Source of the DNA: a virus
Lineage: Duplodnaviria; Caudoviricetes
Strand: one strand, 5' to 3'
IMG/VR virus record: IMGVR_UViG_3300046170_000211
Coordinates: 685 to 64,684 of that record
DNA: 64,000 nt
Shown: piece by piece, positions 1 to 9,544 of the stretch
How positions within the stretch are numbered: the stretch's first letter is position 1
How the letters are laid out: every line of letters starts with the position of its first letter
Program-made: the position numbers and the translations under genes
Notes under the pieces: model-generated
What the model saw: only the letters and a program-made list of their open reading frames with translations
What the model was told of the DNA's origin: nothing
Database searches by the model: none

Positions 1-149
1 GAATCTGTTGGTTTTAGTTTAATCCAAAAAGCCATAGGCGTGAGCCCTGTTTTGTTTGCTGTATAATCTAGAATACCCACAACCCTTCTACCATCAATCG
101 GTAGAGCGAAAGTTGCACTCATCATCCTATTCGGAATCTCTTTTCTCAC
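1..149 (-). CDS. Partial ORF, ribonucleotide reductase C-terminal (TSCPD-like) small protein; runs off window start
   Basis: Hand translation from GTG at 149 behind an AGGAG RBS: (M)RKEIPNRMMSATFALPIDGRRVVGILDY..., resembling the RxxLPNRR start of NrdJ C-terminal domains. Confidence 0.45.
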   Translation of the reverse strand, partial: MRKEIPNRMMSATFALPIDGRRVVGILDYTANKTGLTPMAFWIKLKPTD

Positions 150-159
150 CTTGTTCTCC

Positions 160-375
160 TTATTCAAAATCATTTTTGTGTTCCTCGATAAATTGATACA
201 AGTCGATATTAGTCTCCTTCACCTGTTCTATCTCGCGCCACATTGTGTCTATAGTGTTCTCTAATTTAACGATATATCTAGAATTTACAATAATAACTAT
301 TAAACAAATAAATATTGTTAGACCTGCCAACAAAAAATTAATGTACGCTTTTAGTTCCGTAAGTATTTTCTTCAT
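160..375 (-). CDS. Hypothetical membrane protein (N-terminal TM helix plus coiled coil)
   Basis: ORF track; hydrophobic stretch FLLAGLTIFICLIVIIV. Confidence 0.6.
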   Translation of the reverse strand: MKKILTELKAYINFLLAGLTIFICLIVIIVNSRYIVKLENTIDTMWREIEQVKETNIDLYQFIEEHKNDFE

Positions 376-502
376 TTTGAATTAACTCCTCTAGTTTTTG
401 TTCCCACATTCGTTTCCATTCTGGGTCTTTAGCTCTTTCAGCTACTTTTTTTAATGAAGACACCCTCACTAAAAATATTATATATTCTTCGTCTTTAGGC
501 AT
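338..502 (-). CDS. Small hypothetical protein (54 aa), not in ORF track
   Basis: Hand translation MPKDEEYIIFLVRVSSLKKVAERAKDPEWKRMWEQKLEELIQNEENTYGTKSVH; starts immediately after the upstream stop. Confidence 0.5.
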   Translation of the reverse strand: MPKDEEYIIFLVRVSSLKKVAERAKDPEWKRMWEQKLEELIQNEENTYGTKSVH

Positions 503-1255
503 TTATGCTCCTTTCGGCCATTTCATTTGATAAGCTTTTTGTTTACCATATGCATTGCTCCAGTGATGCCATTCATCGTAAGGCTTTGGAATATAGTCCC
601 AAGATGAGAACATTAGGCTAATTCTATAACTATGCAAGAAACCAGCGGCGCTATGGTTTGAATTAACCGCGTGGTAAATAGGTTTGTTAAAAAATACTAA
701 ATGATTTTCTTTTGGTTTAATCTCAAGTTGCCTGCTCATATCTAAAGGTTTATAGCCTAAGTCTAAAACAGGTCTTCCTGGAACATACATGTTGTGGGGT
801 AGTAAAACAAGTTCTCCACCTTTTAAATTGGGGTCTACTTTTACAAATAGTATGTGTGTATTTAAAGGAAACTCTTTTGGTGCTTCTGGTGGGTCTTCTT
901 TATAACCATGTTCAACACAATAGTTTTTTAAAAAAATCTCATTAGCGTCAACATGCCAGGGAGTAAGTTGATCTTTTCTTATGTTCCTCATCCAATATTC
1001 TACATGATTATCTTGACCTATGAGTTTTACTATTGCTTTTTCTATTTTGTTTCTAGGAGGAACATCTTTAGGTTTAAAGTTATAAGCTGGCCAATCTCCT
1101 ACAGAGTCGCCAATATATTCTTGCAACTCTTCAAAGTCTCTTTGGCTTAAAACATTTTTTGCATATTTAATATGTTCAAAACTTTCTACCATCCGTACTC
1201 TTCCTCTGGATCCATTATATTTTCTTCGCTTTCTTATGTATTGCCTCACGACCAC
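503..1255 (-). CDS. 2OG-Fe(II) oxygenase family protein (true start possibly ~1192)
   Basis: HxD (WHVD), GGEL, distal His (YHAV) and RxS (YRISL) motifs. Confidence 0.75.
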   Translation of the reverse strand: MVVRQYIRKRRKYNGSRGRVRMVESFEHIKYAKNVLSQRDFEELQEYIGDSVGDWPAYNFKPKDVPPRNKIEKAIVKLIGQDNHVEYWMRNIRKDQLTPWHVDANEIFLKNYCVEHGYKEDPPEAPKEFPLNTHILFVKVDPNLKGGELVLLPHNMYVPGRPVLDLGYKPLDMSRQLEIKPKENHLVFFNKPIYHAVNSNHSAAGFLHSYRISLMFSSWDYIPKPYDEWHHWSNAYGKQKAYQMKWPKGA

Positions 1256-1436
1256 CCTCTATATTTATACGAGTTTGGTTTTTCGGCAGCATTACATAAC
1301 CATTATGTGTTATTACTTCACCACCCATATGCATAAATTTTTCTTCGCATTGTGGACAATCTAGTTCCTTTTTTTGCACTTTTATATACCCGTTACCATC
1401 ACAACGAGGACATATAGCTCTAACGCGCTCTACCAT
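1215..1436 (-). CDS. Small zinc-finger protein (DnaJ-type CxxCxGxG)
   Basis: CPRCDGNG...CPQC. Confidence 0.65.
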   Translation of the reverse strand: MVERVRAICPRCDGNGYIKVQKKELDCPQCEEKFMHMGGEVITHNGYVMLPKNQTRINIEGGREAIHKKAKKI

Positions 1437-1584
1437 TTTTCTTTTTTACTTCTTTATCTAATAAAAACTCTATTACTTTCTGTATACTAACAGGAACCTC
1501 AAAACGGTTTTCTGCTAATGTTTTCAATTGATTATGTGTAGCCACAGAGACTGACACTGATTTAAAACTGCTTATATCTGGCAT
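1420..1584 (-). CDS. Small putative DNA-binding regulator (ribbon-helix-helix-like, 54 aa), not in ORF track
   Basis: Hand translation MPDISSFKSVSVSVATHNQLKTLAENRFEVPVSIQKVIEFLLDKEVKKKNGRAR behind an AGGAG RBS; alternating beta-strand pattern followed by two amphipathic helices. Confidence 0.6.
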   Translation of the reverse strand: MPDISSFKSVSVSVATHNQLKTLAENRFEVPVSIQKVIEFLLDKEVKKKNGRAR

Positions 1585-1690
1585 GTTTCTTTCTCCTTGT
1601 TGTGTTATTATATGGGATTATATACAGCAATTATTATATTTGACAATAGTTTATTTTAAATTATTATACAAAAATCTCTCTCACCTTCAT

Positions 1691-1726
1691 ATGTCGGGTG
1701 TTTTTTATTCCTTTAGCATCCGACAT
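1691..1726. terminator. Hairpin at the 3' end of the polymerase gene
   Basis: ATGTCGGGTG...CATCCGACAT inverted repeat. Confidence 0.5.
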
Positions 1727-3585
1727 TAAGATATATCTCCCCAACAACTACCTTTCTCATAGTCAATTTTATTTGGAACGCTAAGCTCTACTGCGTTCTC
1801 CATTATTTCAATAATCTTTTCAGCCTTTTCAGGTGACTCAACAGAAAAATCTAGTTCATCATGTATCTGTATGTGAGGTATGATCCCTTCTTTCCACAAA
1901 TCAACCATAGCTTTCTTTGTCATGTCTGCTGCTGATCCTTGTATTAATTTGTTTAATGCTTTGTAAGTAAAGGCTCTTTTAATTCCCGGGCCATGTTCCC
2001 TGAGAGCCTCTGCATGGGGCAATGGCTTATGTATTCCATAAGAGCGAGGCTGCCATAGATCAAAGTGACAAACCCTACCACCTATCGTTCTAATCTTACC
2101 ACTGTCTTCTGCCCGTCTAGAAACTGCTTCGGATATCATCTTAACAAACGGGGCATTAGAGTGATAATTTTTTATCAACTCTTCAGCCTCGTCTATCATT
2201 AATCCTAGTTCCGACATTAATTTGTTTTTACCCATACCATACATGATACCAAGGTTAATTGTTTTAGCCTGCTTACGTTCAATACCAGCCATCTCAGCAA
2301 TCATCTCATGGAAGTCTGCTTCGCCTTTGTTATATGCATCTACAATCGTTCTTGAGCCTTCTAAACCTAATATGTGTGCGTAGTGTACTAGTATTCTAGG
2401 CTCTTGTTGACTGTAGTCAAAGCAGCCCCAGTGTGTTTTCTCTTCTGGAATAAATATACCACGTATCAATGGCCCTAATGTTTTATGTCTTGCAGGTATC
2501 TGTTGAAGATTGGGATTACTGTAACTAAAACGACCGGTTACAGTACCCCCATCATCAGACCTAATCTGATTTATATCACTATGTATTCTACCTTTGTGTT
2601 CATGCTTTAATATTGTCTCAATAAAAGTTGTATTCATTTTATTTAACTCACGACAATTAACAATCATTCCTGGTAGTTCGTGTGGATGTTCTTTTAAAAA
2701 GTTTTTTGTAAATGTAGGATTACCTTCTTTAGTTCTTTCATAACTAATCTTTAATTCATCAAACGCTTTAGCTACAGAAGCTGCAGACCATATCTCTATG
2801 TCAAAACCAACTAAACCTATCATGTCTTTTCTAATTGATTTTTCAGAAGACTCTAAAGACTTTCTAAGCGCAGCAGCCTTATCTAAGTCAACTCTTACTC
2901 CTCTAAATTTCATGTCAACTAATGCAGGAAACAAATCAGTTTCCATATTAAATATTTGCCATAGATCTTGCTGTGTTAATTCATGTTTCATTGCTTGCCA
3001 CAATTTTAAAGTAGACTCAGCGTCCTGTTCTGCATACTCACCAACATACATTGCTGGCATTCTCCACATCTCAGACTTAGGGTTTACACCCCAGGCCTTT
3101 GCTGCTTCTTGTAATAACTTTTCGTTTTTACCTATACCTGTATATTGTTTTGCTAGACCATCTAATGTAAAACCCCAACGATTTTCATCGACTAAACTTG
3201 CCGCTATCATTGTGTCATAGATTCTACCATTAATATTTAGACCTGCAGAGCGTATCCAAGATACATCGTACATTGCATTGTGAAATATTTTATCCGAGTC
3301 TGTTTTTAATAGTTTTTGAAACCATCTCATAACTACTTTCTTATCAAGACAACCTCTATTGTCTTCATGCGCTATAGGAAAGTATCCTTTCCAACCTTCA
3401 ACAGCTACAGCTATTCCAACTATCTCTCCATCGCCCCGTACAGAACCTGATCCCATTTTTAATAGATTAGGGTCTCTTGTTTCTAAATCGATTGCAATTT
3501 CTTTGTGGCCAGTTAAATCTGGCAAAGATGTTGGTGGCACCCAATCAGTATCTGGTGCAAATAACGGAGGCTGTATTTTTCTCAA
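1726..3585 (-). CDS. polA: DNA polymerase family A with 3'-5' exonuclease domain
   Basis: ExoI DLET, FHNAMYD, TVTGRFS...PNLQQIP, motif A DYSQQEPR, motif B KTINLGIMYG, motif C IHDEL. Confidence 0.97.
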   Translation of the reverse strand: MRKIQPPLFAPDTDWVPPTSLPDLTGHKEIAIDLETRDPNLLKMGSGSVRGDGEIVGIAVAVEGWKGYFPIAHEDNRGCLDKKVVMRWFQKLLKTDSDKIFHNAMYDVSWIRSAGLNINGRIYDTMIAASLVDENRWGFTLDGLAKQYTGIGKNEKLLQEAAKAWGVNPKSEMWRMPAMYVGEYAEQDAESTLKLWQAMKHELTQQDLWQIFNMETDLFPALVDMKFRGVRVDLDKAAALRKSLESSEKSIRKDMIGLVGFDIEIWSAASVAKAFDELKISYERTKEGNPTFTKNFLKEHPHELPGMIVNCRELNKMNTTFIETILKHEHKGRIHSDINQIRSDDGGTVTGRFSYSNPNLQQIPARHKTLGPLIRGIFIPEEKTHWGCFDYSQQEPRILVHYAHILGLEGSRTIVDAYNKGEADFHEMIAEMAGIERKQAKTINLGIMYGMGKNKLMSELGLMIDEAEELIKNYHSNAPFVKMISEAVSRRAEDSGKIRTIGGRVCHFDLWQPRSYGIHKPLPHAEALREHGPGIKRAFTYKALNKLIQGSAADMTKKAMVDLWKEGIIPHIQIHDELDFSVESPEKAEKIIEIMENAVELSVPNKIDYEKGSCWGDIS

Positions 3586-3791
3586 CTATAATCTCTTTCG
3601 ATAATCATTTCTATGTAATGTATCGCCTTCTCTAGATCTTGTTTACCGCTTCCCTTATGCGGGTGTCTCATAATATACTTTATAGCATTTCCTTCAGCAA
3701 ATAACAAATTGTTTTTATTGATGAATTCCGCTGGTTGTATCTTATAATGGTTGTAATGACTACCCCCGATTTGTTTTTTTAATGATTTCAT
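3582..3791 (-). CDS. DUF3310 / T7 gp1.7-like protein
   Basis: GGSHY, FAEGNAIKYIMR, QDLEKAIHY motifs. Confidence 0.85.
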   Translation of the reverse strand: MKSLKKQIGGSHYNHYKIQPAEFINKNNLLFAEGNAIKYIMRHPHKGSGKQDLEKAIHYIEMIIERDYS

Positions 3792-4258
3792 TGTACTAAC
3801 CCTCCTGAAAAATACATCTTTCGTTCCGGACGTTTTTGTCTTTCAATATATTTTTCTATAATAATTTTGCAATCTTCAACTCTAATGTTACTTTTCCTAT
3901 CGTTAAAATCCCAACGACAAAAAACAATATTATTTTTTGTGTAACCAACATCAGAGTCAAACCTATCAATAGACAATAAATCTGGTGGTGCTGAATGTTT
4001 TTTCTTTGCTCCTTTAACAGCAAGTTTTCTAACTATGCGAAAAGGTTTACCTGTATAATAACAATTCCAACCATATTTTTTCTTATGCTCTTCCCATAAC
4101 TCAAAAAACTCTTCACGTGTTATATCGTTTTTTAATGACTGCAGTTTTCCCTTTCCCCTTTTTTTAAGGTCATTCCATTTTGAAATTAAAAAACCATTTT
4201 CAGTATTTAAATACTTAATGTTTTGTTCTCTACGGTCTTCTTTGTTTTTGTAAGGCAT
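3788..4258 (-). CDS. HNH-like endonuclease
   Basis: CYYTG...SIDRFDSDVGYTKNNIVFC...NDRK, typical of phage HNH-type nucleases. Confidence 0.65.
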   Translation of the reverse strand: MPYKNKEDRREQNIKYLNTENGFLISKWNDLKKRGKGKLQSLKNDITREEFFELWEEHKKKYGWNCYYTGKPFRIVRKLAVKGAKKKHSAPPDLLSIDRFDSDVGYTKNNIVFCRWDFNDRKSNIRVEDCKIIIEKYIERQKRPERKMYFSGGLVQ

Positions 4259-5772
4259 TAAAGTATATAGGCCCTTTCGTAGTTTCTTGGTTCTAAAATA
4301 TGTAGTTCTTGTTTTGCTCTTGTAACAGCAACGTAAAACAATCTATGTAACTCATCTGGATCGACGTCATTGTTGTCTACAGCTGTTTTAGTTATGTCTG
4401 GTAAAACTAAAACATTATCTGCCTCACCACCTTTAGCTCCGTGTATTGTTGACATTGTTATACGTGGTGTCTTTGTAATCTTTTCACTATTGGCTAACAT
4501 ATTTCTTATGTAGTTTTCTCTGTACGTATCTAAACCTGCAAAAGCTTTGTACCAAACATCTCTAGTTTGTAATCCATGTTCCGCGACGCACTGTTCACTA
4601 GTATATCTAAAATCTGAATGAAAAGTTTTACCTTTTTTATATCCCTTTGCTACGTTGTCACCTAGATACGAATACAAATTCTTTAACTGTAATAAATTTA
4701 GTTCCTGTTCTGATTCTCTCCACGCCTCCCAGTTTTGAATAGCCATAAGTAAATCTACAGGTATAGAGTTTCTACCTTTATGTGAGAAATACCATCCTTG
4801 CAGTTCACATAAGTCTTTAATATCATCTAAAAAATAATTTGCAGACGCCAGCACTAGCCACTCGCCTTCGCTCATGTCCACTTGTGTGATGTCTGAATAC
4901 CTATTCAATTTACCTGTAGTAGATTTAGGTTTGTATTCTTTATCATACCTGTTCTCTACTCTTTGTATTATGCTTTGTGATAGCTCATGTATAGGTCCAC
5001 CAGGAATACGATAGGATTGATCTAGAACTGTGATATCGTCAACTTCGTCCCTGAGCGCGATGAAATGATCCACATCGGCGCCTGCCCATCTGAATATAGC
5101 CTGGTCATCATCACCTGCGATGTAAGTCTTATCAGCTCTGCTCCAGAGGGCTCGTACCATTTTCCATTGGAGAGGAGATAAATCTTGGGCCTCGTCAATG
5201 AAGAGGACAGTAAACCCTGGAGCCACATCTTCGACAATAAACCTGTGTAACATATCTCCATAGTCTATAAGACCTTTTTCTTTTTTATACCTAGTTAATT
5301 CTCTATCTAAAAGATACAGCGTATCTCTTTCTATATCAAGGTAATGTGTGTTCTCGTCATACACATCCATTAAATCTCTGTCAGTTGCTCTAGCTTTTTC
5401 TATAAGTTGTAGATACTCATTATCAGATGTAAACGTGCCGTCTTCTTCACTGTTGTATACCTTCTTTATTGTAATAGGTATGCCACACTTACTGCCAAAA
5501 TCTTTATAGTCAGCTGACTGCATGACTCTAGACTTACTGAGACCTAGCGCACCAAACGCCAGTGAATGTAATGTTCTAAAATATGGAAAGTCTTTTTCAT
5601 CTAGACCAAACTTTTCTACTGCTCTTTGTTTTGCTTCGTTAGCTGCTTTCTTTGTAAAAGAAAAATAACCAATTCTTTTAGTATCAACACCAGACTTGAT
5701 AAACTCATCTACTAAATCTAATAGTGTAGTTGTTTTACCTGTACCTGGTGGTCCTAAAATAATTGTTTTCAT
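4258..5772 (-). CDS. UvrD/Rep-like SF1 DNA helicase
   Basis: GPPGTGKT, DEAQD, GDDDQAIF, TIHGAKGGE, FYVAVTRAK. Confidence 0.95.
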   Translation of the reverse strand: MKTIILGPPGTGKTTTLLDLVDEFIKSGVDTKRIGYFSFTKKAANEAKQRAVEKFGLDEKDFPYFRTLHSLAFGALGLSKSRVMQSADYKDFGSKCGIPITIKKVYNSEEDGTFTSDNEYLQLIEKARATDRDLMDVYDENTHYLDIERDTLYLLDRELTRYKKEKGLIDYGDMLHRFIVEDVAPGFTVLFIDEAQDLSPLQWKMVRALWSRADKTYIAGDDDQAIFRWAGADVDHFIALRDEVDDITVLDQSYRIPGGPIHELSQSIIQRVENRYDKEYKPKSTTGKLNRYSDITQVDMSEGEWLVLASANYFLDDIKDLCELQGWYFSHKGRNSIPVDLLMAIQNWEAWRESEQELNLLQLKNLYSYLGDNVAKGYKKGKTFHSDFRYTSEQCVAEHGLQTRDVWYKAFAGLDTYRENYIRNMLANSEKITKTPRITMSTIHGAKGGEADNVLVLPDITKTAVDNNDVDPDELHRLFYVAVTRAKQELHILEPRNYERAYIL

Positions 5773-5927
5773 TTATCTACGTTCCCATGATAGACAATTA
5801 CAACCGCTGTACAGTTAGGACATGATAAGTTTGTCATGATCATATGTTGCTCTTCATCGTTGTCTTCCCACTCAGTGTCGTGGTCACCACCCCATATTAA
5901 TTCGTGATTGCAGCTCCAACACTTCAT
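5769..5927 (-). CDS. Small Zn-ribbon protein (52 aa), not in ORF track
   Basis: Hand translation MKCWSCNHELIWGGDHD...NLSCPNCTAVVIVY; overlaps neighbours by TAATG and ATGA. Confidence 0.7.
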   Translation of the reverse strand: MKCWSCNHELIWGGDHDTEWEDNDEEQHMIMTNLSCPNCTAVVIVYHGNVDK

Positions 5928-7450
5928 TAGAAAGGTGTCTCCGTATATTTCTCTTGAGTTACATCTACGTCATACTTTGTCATAGCTTTTATCTTAACAA
6001 CCCTAGGAGTTTGATTCTTTAGTTTCATTCTTATTTCATCTACAAAAGAATCTAATTGTTTAATTAAATTACCTGTCTTAATCTTATCAACTTCCCAGTT
6101 GTTTCTTTTTGCAAAACTAAAGAAGTCATCCATTCTAAAATGTGTAAACCCTTCTTCATCGGTCCACGCTGATTTATTCAGTATGTCTTCTTTCTTTCTC
6201 GCTTGTGATCTGTGAATTGTAAAGTCATACAATAAGTTTTCTAACTGCTCGTTATGCTTCAATGATTCTAGTGGTTCTATTTCTTCCAAACTATTCATCA
6301 ATGCTTTTAAATATATCTCTCTCCAATCTTTTGCCTTAGGTATCGGAGATACAATGTTTGCTTGATCTAATACTGCTATTGCAAACAAATTAGGATTGTG
6401 CAACTGCTCTGTCTTAAGTTCTATTCTTTTACCTGCCACATTTAAAAACCATTGTGGTGGATTAGAGTTTATCTTTGTTAGTGTATCCATCTCTGGCATT
6501 TGCTCTTCTTCAAAACCTACACCAAACTTTTTAGTTCTACATTTTGCAGGATTACATACTCCACATATCGGTTGGTCTTTACACCTGTACTTGTCATAGC
6601 CACGTTTACCAACAGAAGCCATCAATGCTTTTACTTCCTGGAAACCTAATGGAGGATTCATCCATTTAGAATTATCCTCTAAAACTTTATCTTCCCAGTT
6701 ATCCGGGTTAGCTTGTTTATGATATACAGCTACGTTAAACAATGCATTATTACGCGATCCTTCACCAAAACCTTCATCAGCTAATGTGTTTAAACAAGGT
6801 GGACCATCCTTAAAAGCTTCGTTAGTTTCTAACTTCTGCTTTACAACTATTGACTGTACTTCTTCTTTAGTTTGTGACCACTCGTCGTATATAGAATAGA
6901 ACTCTTCTAAAGTAGCTGCTTCACCACCTGCTTTAAAAGTATATCTAAGTCCTTCTATGTCTCCATGATATGGTAAGTTTAAAAAGTTTCCTGTATCTCC
7001 ACGCTCCACGAGTATCTCTGTCTGTTTAGGAAATATCTCACTACCTCCAAAACCTAACGCATCAGACATAGCTTTTAGTTTTGATTGCATCAACGATGCA
7101 GATATAAATTCTTTTGTAAATAGAAACAAATGTGCGCCACCAGACTTAGACCTAAATGTGACTAAAGGAAAACCTAATCCTTTTATATTTCTCATGATAG
7201 CCATGTGGTCGAGATTGTATTGATCAACATCAATACAACCCCAACGACATTCATTGTTTTCGTTAATAGGTATTACACCTAGAGCAGGATCTTTCCCGTC
7301 TATGTGATCTTGCCAAAAATGATCTGGTATTGGTTCTCTTTTAATAAATGCTTTACCAACAGCTTTACCTTTGTCTGTTGTTTCACCTGATAATATTAAT
7401 TGTCCGTAGGCACTATTATTGCCTTCAAATATATCCTTAAATTTTTGCAT
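5927..7450 (-). CDS. Archaeo-eukaryotic primase (AEP)-type primase with PriCT-like domain
   Basis: WGCIDVD, RSKSGGAHLF, NFLNLPY, GSRNNALF and a Cys cluster. Confidence 0.8.
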   Translation of the reverse strand: MQKFKDIFEGNNSAYGQLILSGETTDKGKAVGKAFIKREPIPDHFWQDHIDGKDPALGVIPINENNECRWGCIDVDQYNLDHMAIMRNIKGLGFPLVTFRSKSGGAHLFLFTKEFISASLMQSKLKAMSDALGFGGSEIFPKQTEILVERGDTGNFLNLPYHGDIEGLRYTFKAGGEAATLEEFYSIYDEWSQTKEEVQSIVVKQKLETNEAFKDGPPCLNTLADEGFGEGSRNNALFNVAVYHKQANPDNWEDKVLEDNSKWMNPPLGFQEVKALMASVGKRGYDKYRCKDQPICGVCNPAKCRTKKFGVGFEEEQMPEMDTLTKINSNPPQWFLNVAGKRIELKTEQLHNPNLFAIAVLDQANIVSPIPKAKDWREIYLKALMNSLEEIEPLESLKHNEQLENLLYDFTIHRSQARKKEDILNKSAWTDEEGFTHFRMDDFFSFAKRNNWEVDKIKTGNLIKQLDSFVDEIRMKLKNQTPRVVKIKAMTKYDVDVTQEKYTETPF

Positions 7451-7676
7451 ACTCTTTATTGTACTCTCTTTGATACTCTCTTACTTTGTCTCTATTTTTT
7501 TCTCTATACTCACGATAGTATTCGCGAGTCTTTCTTCGCTTATATTCTTTTCCCTCCGGACTGTCTAGAATTAAATTAATTCGCTCTTTCAGCCGTTTAT
7601 TTTCTTTTCTTAACGTATCCATCGTCTTCTTACGATAGTAACGCATTTGATAAAATGATTCTCTGCTTCTTTTCAT
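7437..7676 (-). CDS. Basic hypothetical protein
   Basis: ORF track; R/K/Y/E-rich. Confidence 0.5.
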   Translation of the reverse strand: MKRSRESFYQMRYYRKKTMDTLRKENKRLKERINLILDSPEGKEYKRRKTREYYREYREKNRDKVREYQREYNKEYAKI

Positions 7677-7679
7677 AAT

Positions 7680-7717
7680 AAAAATATGTTCCGGGCAGGG
7701 GGAGGTGCCCGGAACAT
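7680..7717 (-). terminator. Rho-independent terminator after the SSB-like gene
   Basis: 12-bp stem ATGTTCCGGGCA/TGCCCGGAACAT followed by a T-rich tract on the minus strand. Confidence 0.7.
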
Positions 7718-7726
7718 CATGGTTAA

Positions 7727-8509
7727 TTAAAACGGTACTTCGTCTTCTGACTTAGTACTGTCATTACCATGCTTTGCCTTGACGTCTCCCGTAGACACAC
7801 TCTCAGCAAAACTTTTTGCGGACTCATACAAAGCTTTGTTTTGTACAGGTCCAACCTTAGTTACATTCCAACCAAACCAAGTTCCTTTATCGTTCGATTG
7901 TTCTACTGTTTTAAGGTTATACACGTGACTGTAAGCCGCCGGTGTAAACAAACCATTTTTACCTTCTAGTTTGATACTGGCCATCATAGCATTCCAACTA
8001 CGACTTACTTTAAGTTGCGTTGACTTCATAGAAATCAATGCTGTCTGCATATCTTCAGTCAATACAAAGTATGACGCTGTGTTCTCAAGATAGTTCCCAT
8101 TGTCTAGTCTATCTTTATAACCTGCATCACGCTTAGCTTGCTTGATGATACCACTGTTGGCCGCATGGATTGCAACAGGAGCACTTGTGCCCTGTCCTCT
8201 ATCTGACCACTCAACATACTCACGTTTATAATAACATGGAATTATGTTGATCCCCTTCTCACCATCATATGTCTGCTTAGTCACGGTATTGAATATCATA
8301 CCTGGCTCTGCGCCTTCTACATACTTGGCATCCCGTTTGTTTGTCTCGGGTGACAGTTGTCCTAACACACGTAAGAATGGTAATGCATAATCTTCCGCAC
8401 CCATTTCTCCTATCGCTGTGTTAGCGTCTTGTTCGAACATGCTCGCTAGAGCTACGTCCGTCTTCTTTTTTTCTGCTACTTGGTTCATGGTTCTTTTCTC
8501 CTTATTCAT
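7727..8509 (-). CDS. Putative single-stranded DNA-binding protein
   Basis: Acidic C-terminal tail ending EDEVPF; position in the replication module. Confidence 0.6.
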   Translation of the reverse strand: MNKEKRTMNQVAEKKKTDVALASMFEQDANTAIGEMGAEDYALPFLRVLGQLSPETNKRDAKYVEGAEPGMIFNTVTKQTYDGEKGINIIPCYYKREYVEWSDRGQGTSAPVAIHAANSGIIKQAKRDAGYKDRLDNGNYLENTASYFVLTEDMQTALISMKSTQLKVSRSWNAMMASIKLEGKNGLFTPAAYSHVYNLKTVEQSNDKGTWFGWNVTKVGPVQNKALYESAKSFAESVSTGDVKAKHGNDSTKSEDEVPF

Positions 8510-9066
8510 GATTTCCGGCTAATTTTAGTTTGATCCTTCACAAAAGTGTGAAAGAAATCAGAGGGCATATCGAGGCCGGCCTCGATACGCTCCCTGTAGA
8601 GTGCTTTCAAAGTCATAGGTTCTACCTTCTGCTTCTGCGAAGGTTCATAACCTTCTCGCACTGCAAGGCCGATTAGTTCATCTGCCTTGTTATCCTCGCC
8701 CTTCCCGAACTGTACAGAAACCTCATTTTTAATAAGATCACCCAGTTCGTTTTCACGAAGCCAGTTGTAAGCTAATTCCATTGCATCTTTTTTTACTGTG
8801 CAACTGTAGGATTTTTTTACTTCAACCCCACTACCATCAGCTAATTTCAAAGACGACAACCCTTGCTCTGCTAGCAAATTAGGTATCACCTCTGAAGAAA
8901 TTTTATCGGCTGCTTCTTTTTTGTTTTTTATCTTTTCTTCTAGTTCAGCTATTTCATTTTCGAACGCCTGTAACTCTAAACAATAGTCAGCCAATGTTTG
9001 AATATCTGTTCTTTCTATTAAATTTTGTTGATCATCTTCCAGATCATCTAATGTAAGTGTGCTCAC
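8506..9066 (-). CDS. Conserved phage replication-module protein (coiled coil)
   Basis: ORF track; WLRENELGDLIK and TLKALYRE motifs recalled from phage proteins adjacent to SSB genes. Confidence 0.6.
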   Translation of the reverse strand: MSTLTLDDLEDDQQNLIERTDIQTLADYCLELQAFENEIAELEEKIKNKKEAADKISSEVIPNLLAEQGLSSLKLADGSGVEVKKSYSCTVKKDAMELAYNWLRENELGDLIKNEVSVQFGKGEDNKADELIGLAVREGYEPSQKQKVEPMTLKALYRERIEAGLDMPSDFFHTFVKDQTKISRKS

Positions 9067-9470
9067 TCTATTTCTCCTTTATTATATATGTCTATTCTTA
9101 GGGGATAATATCTTCTCTCTTGTCTATCCCATTTCAAGAGATTAAATTGTCCTTGCGTAATGTCACTAACAATAGCAGTAGACAATCCAATAATTGAAGG
9201 ATCACCCGTACATAAAATATAATCATCGGGCTTAAAGTCCTGTAAATTTTTTCTCATCTTTCTAATAAAAGGTGCTGTGCTGTAAAGCATATTATCTGTT
9301 GATGGTAAACAAATTACTAAATATCCAAAATCAGATGCACTTAAAATATTTATTTGTGGTGCAGGATGTTGCAATACATATACAAAAGTTTCTTTAGGAT
9401 TCTCTTTGTAAAAAGCTAAAAATTCTGCAAGCGAACGTGGTTTATATAGTTCAAAAATTCTGTGTTTCAT
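9063..9470 (-). CDS. Hypothetical phage protein
   Basis: ORF track; DYILCTGDP, LLKWDRQ. Confidence 0.7.
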   Translation of the reverse strand: MKHRIFELYKPRSLAEFLAFYKENPKETFVYVLQHPAPQINILSASDFGYLVICLPSTDNMLYSTAPFIRKMRKNLQDFKPDDYILCTGDPSIIGLSTAIVSDITQGQFNLLKWDRQERRYYPLRIDIYNKGEIE

Positions 9471-9480
9471 TATTTATACT

Positions 9481-9530
9481 TTCTTTATTGACAATAAAGT
9501 AATCATATCTATATTAATGTCAAGAAAGAA
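9481..9530. promoter_or_regulatory. Overlapping divergent sigma70-like promoters
   Basis: TTGACA at 9488 on plus and TTGACA at 9523-9518 on minus, within a quasi-palindrome TTCTTT..TTGACA...TGTCAA.GAAAGAA between divergent genes. Confidence 0.6.
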
Positions 9531-9544
9531 TAATAAATTATTTT

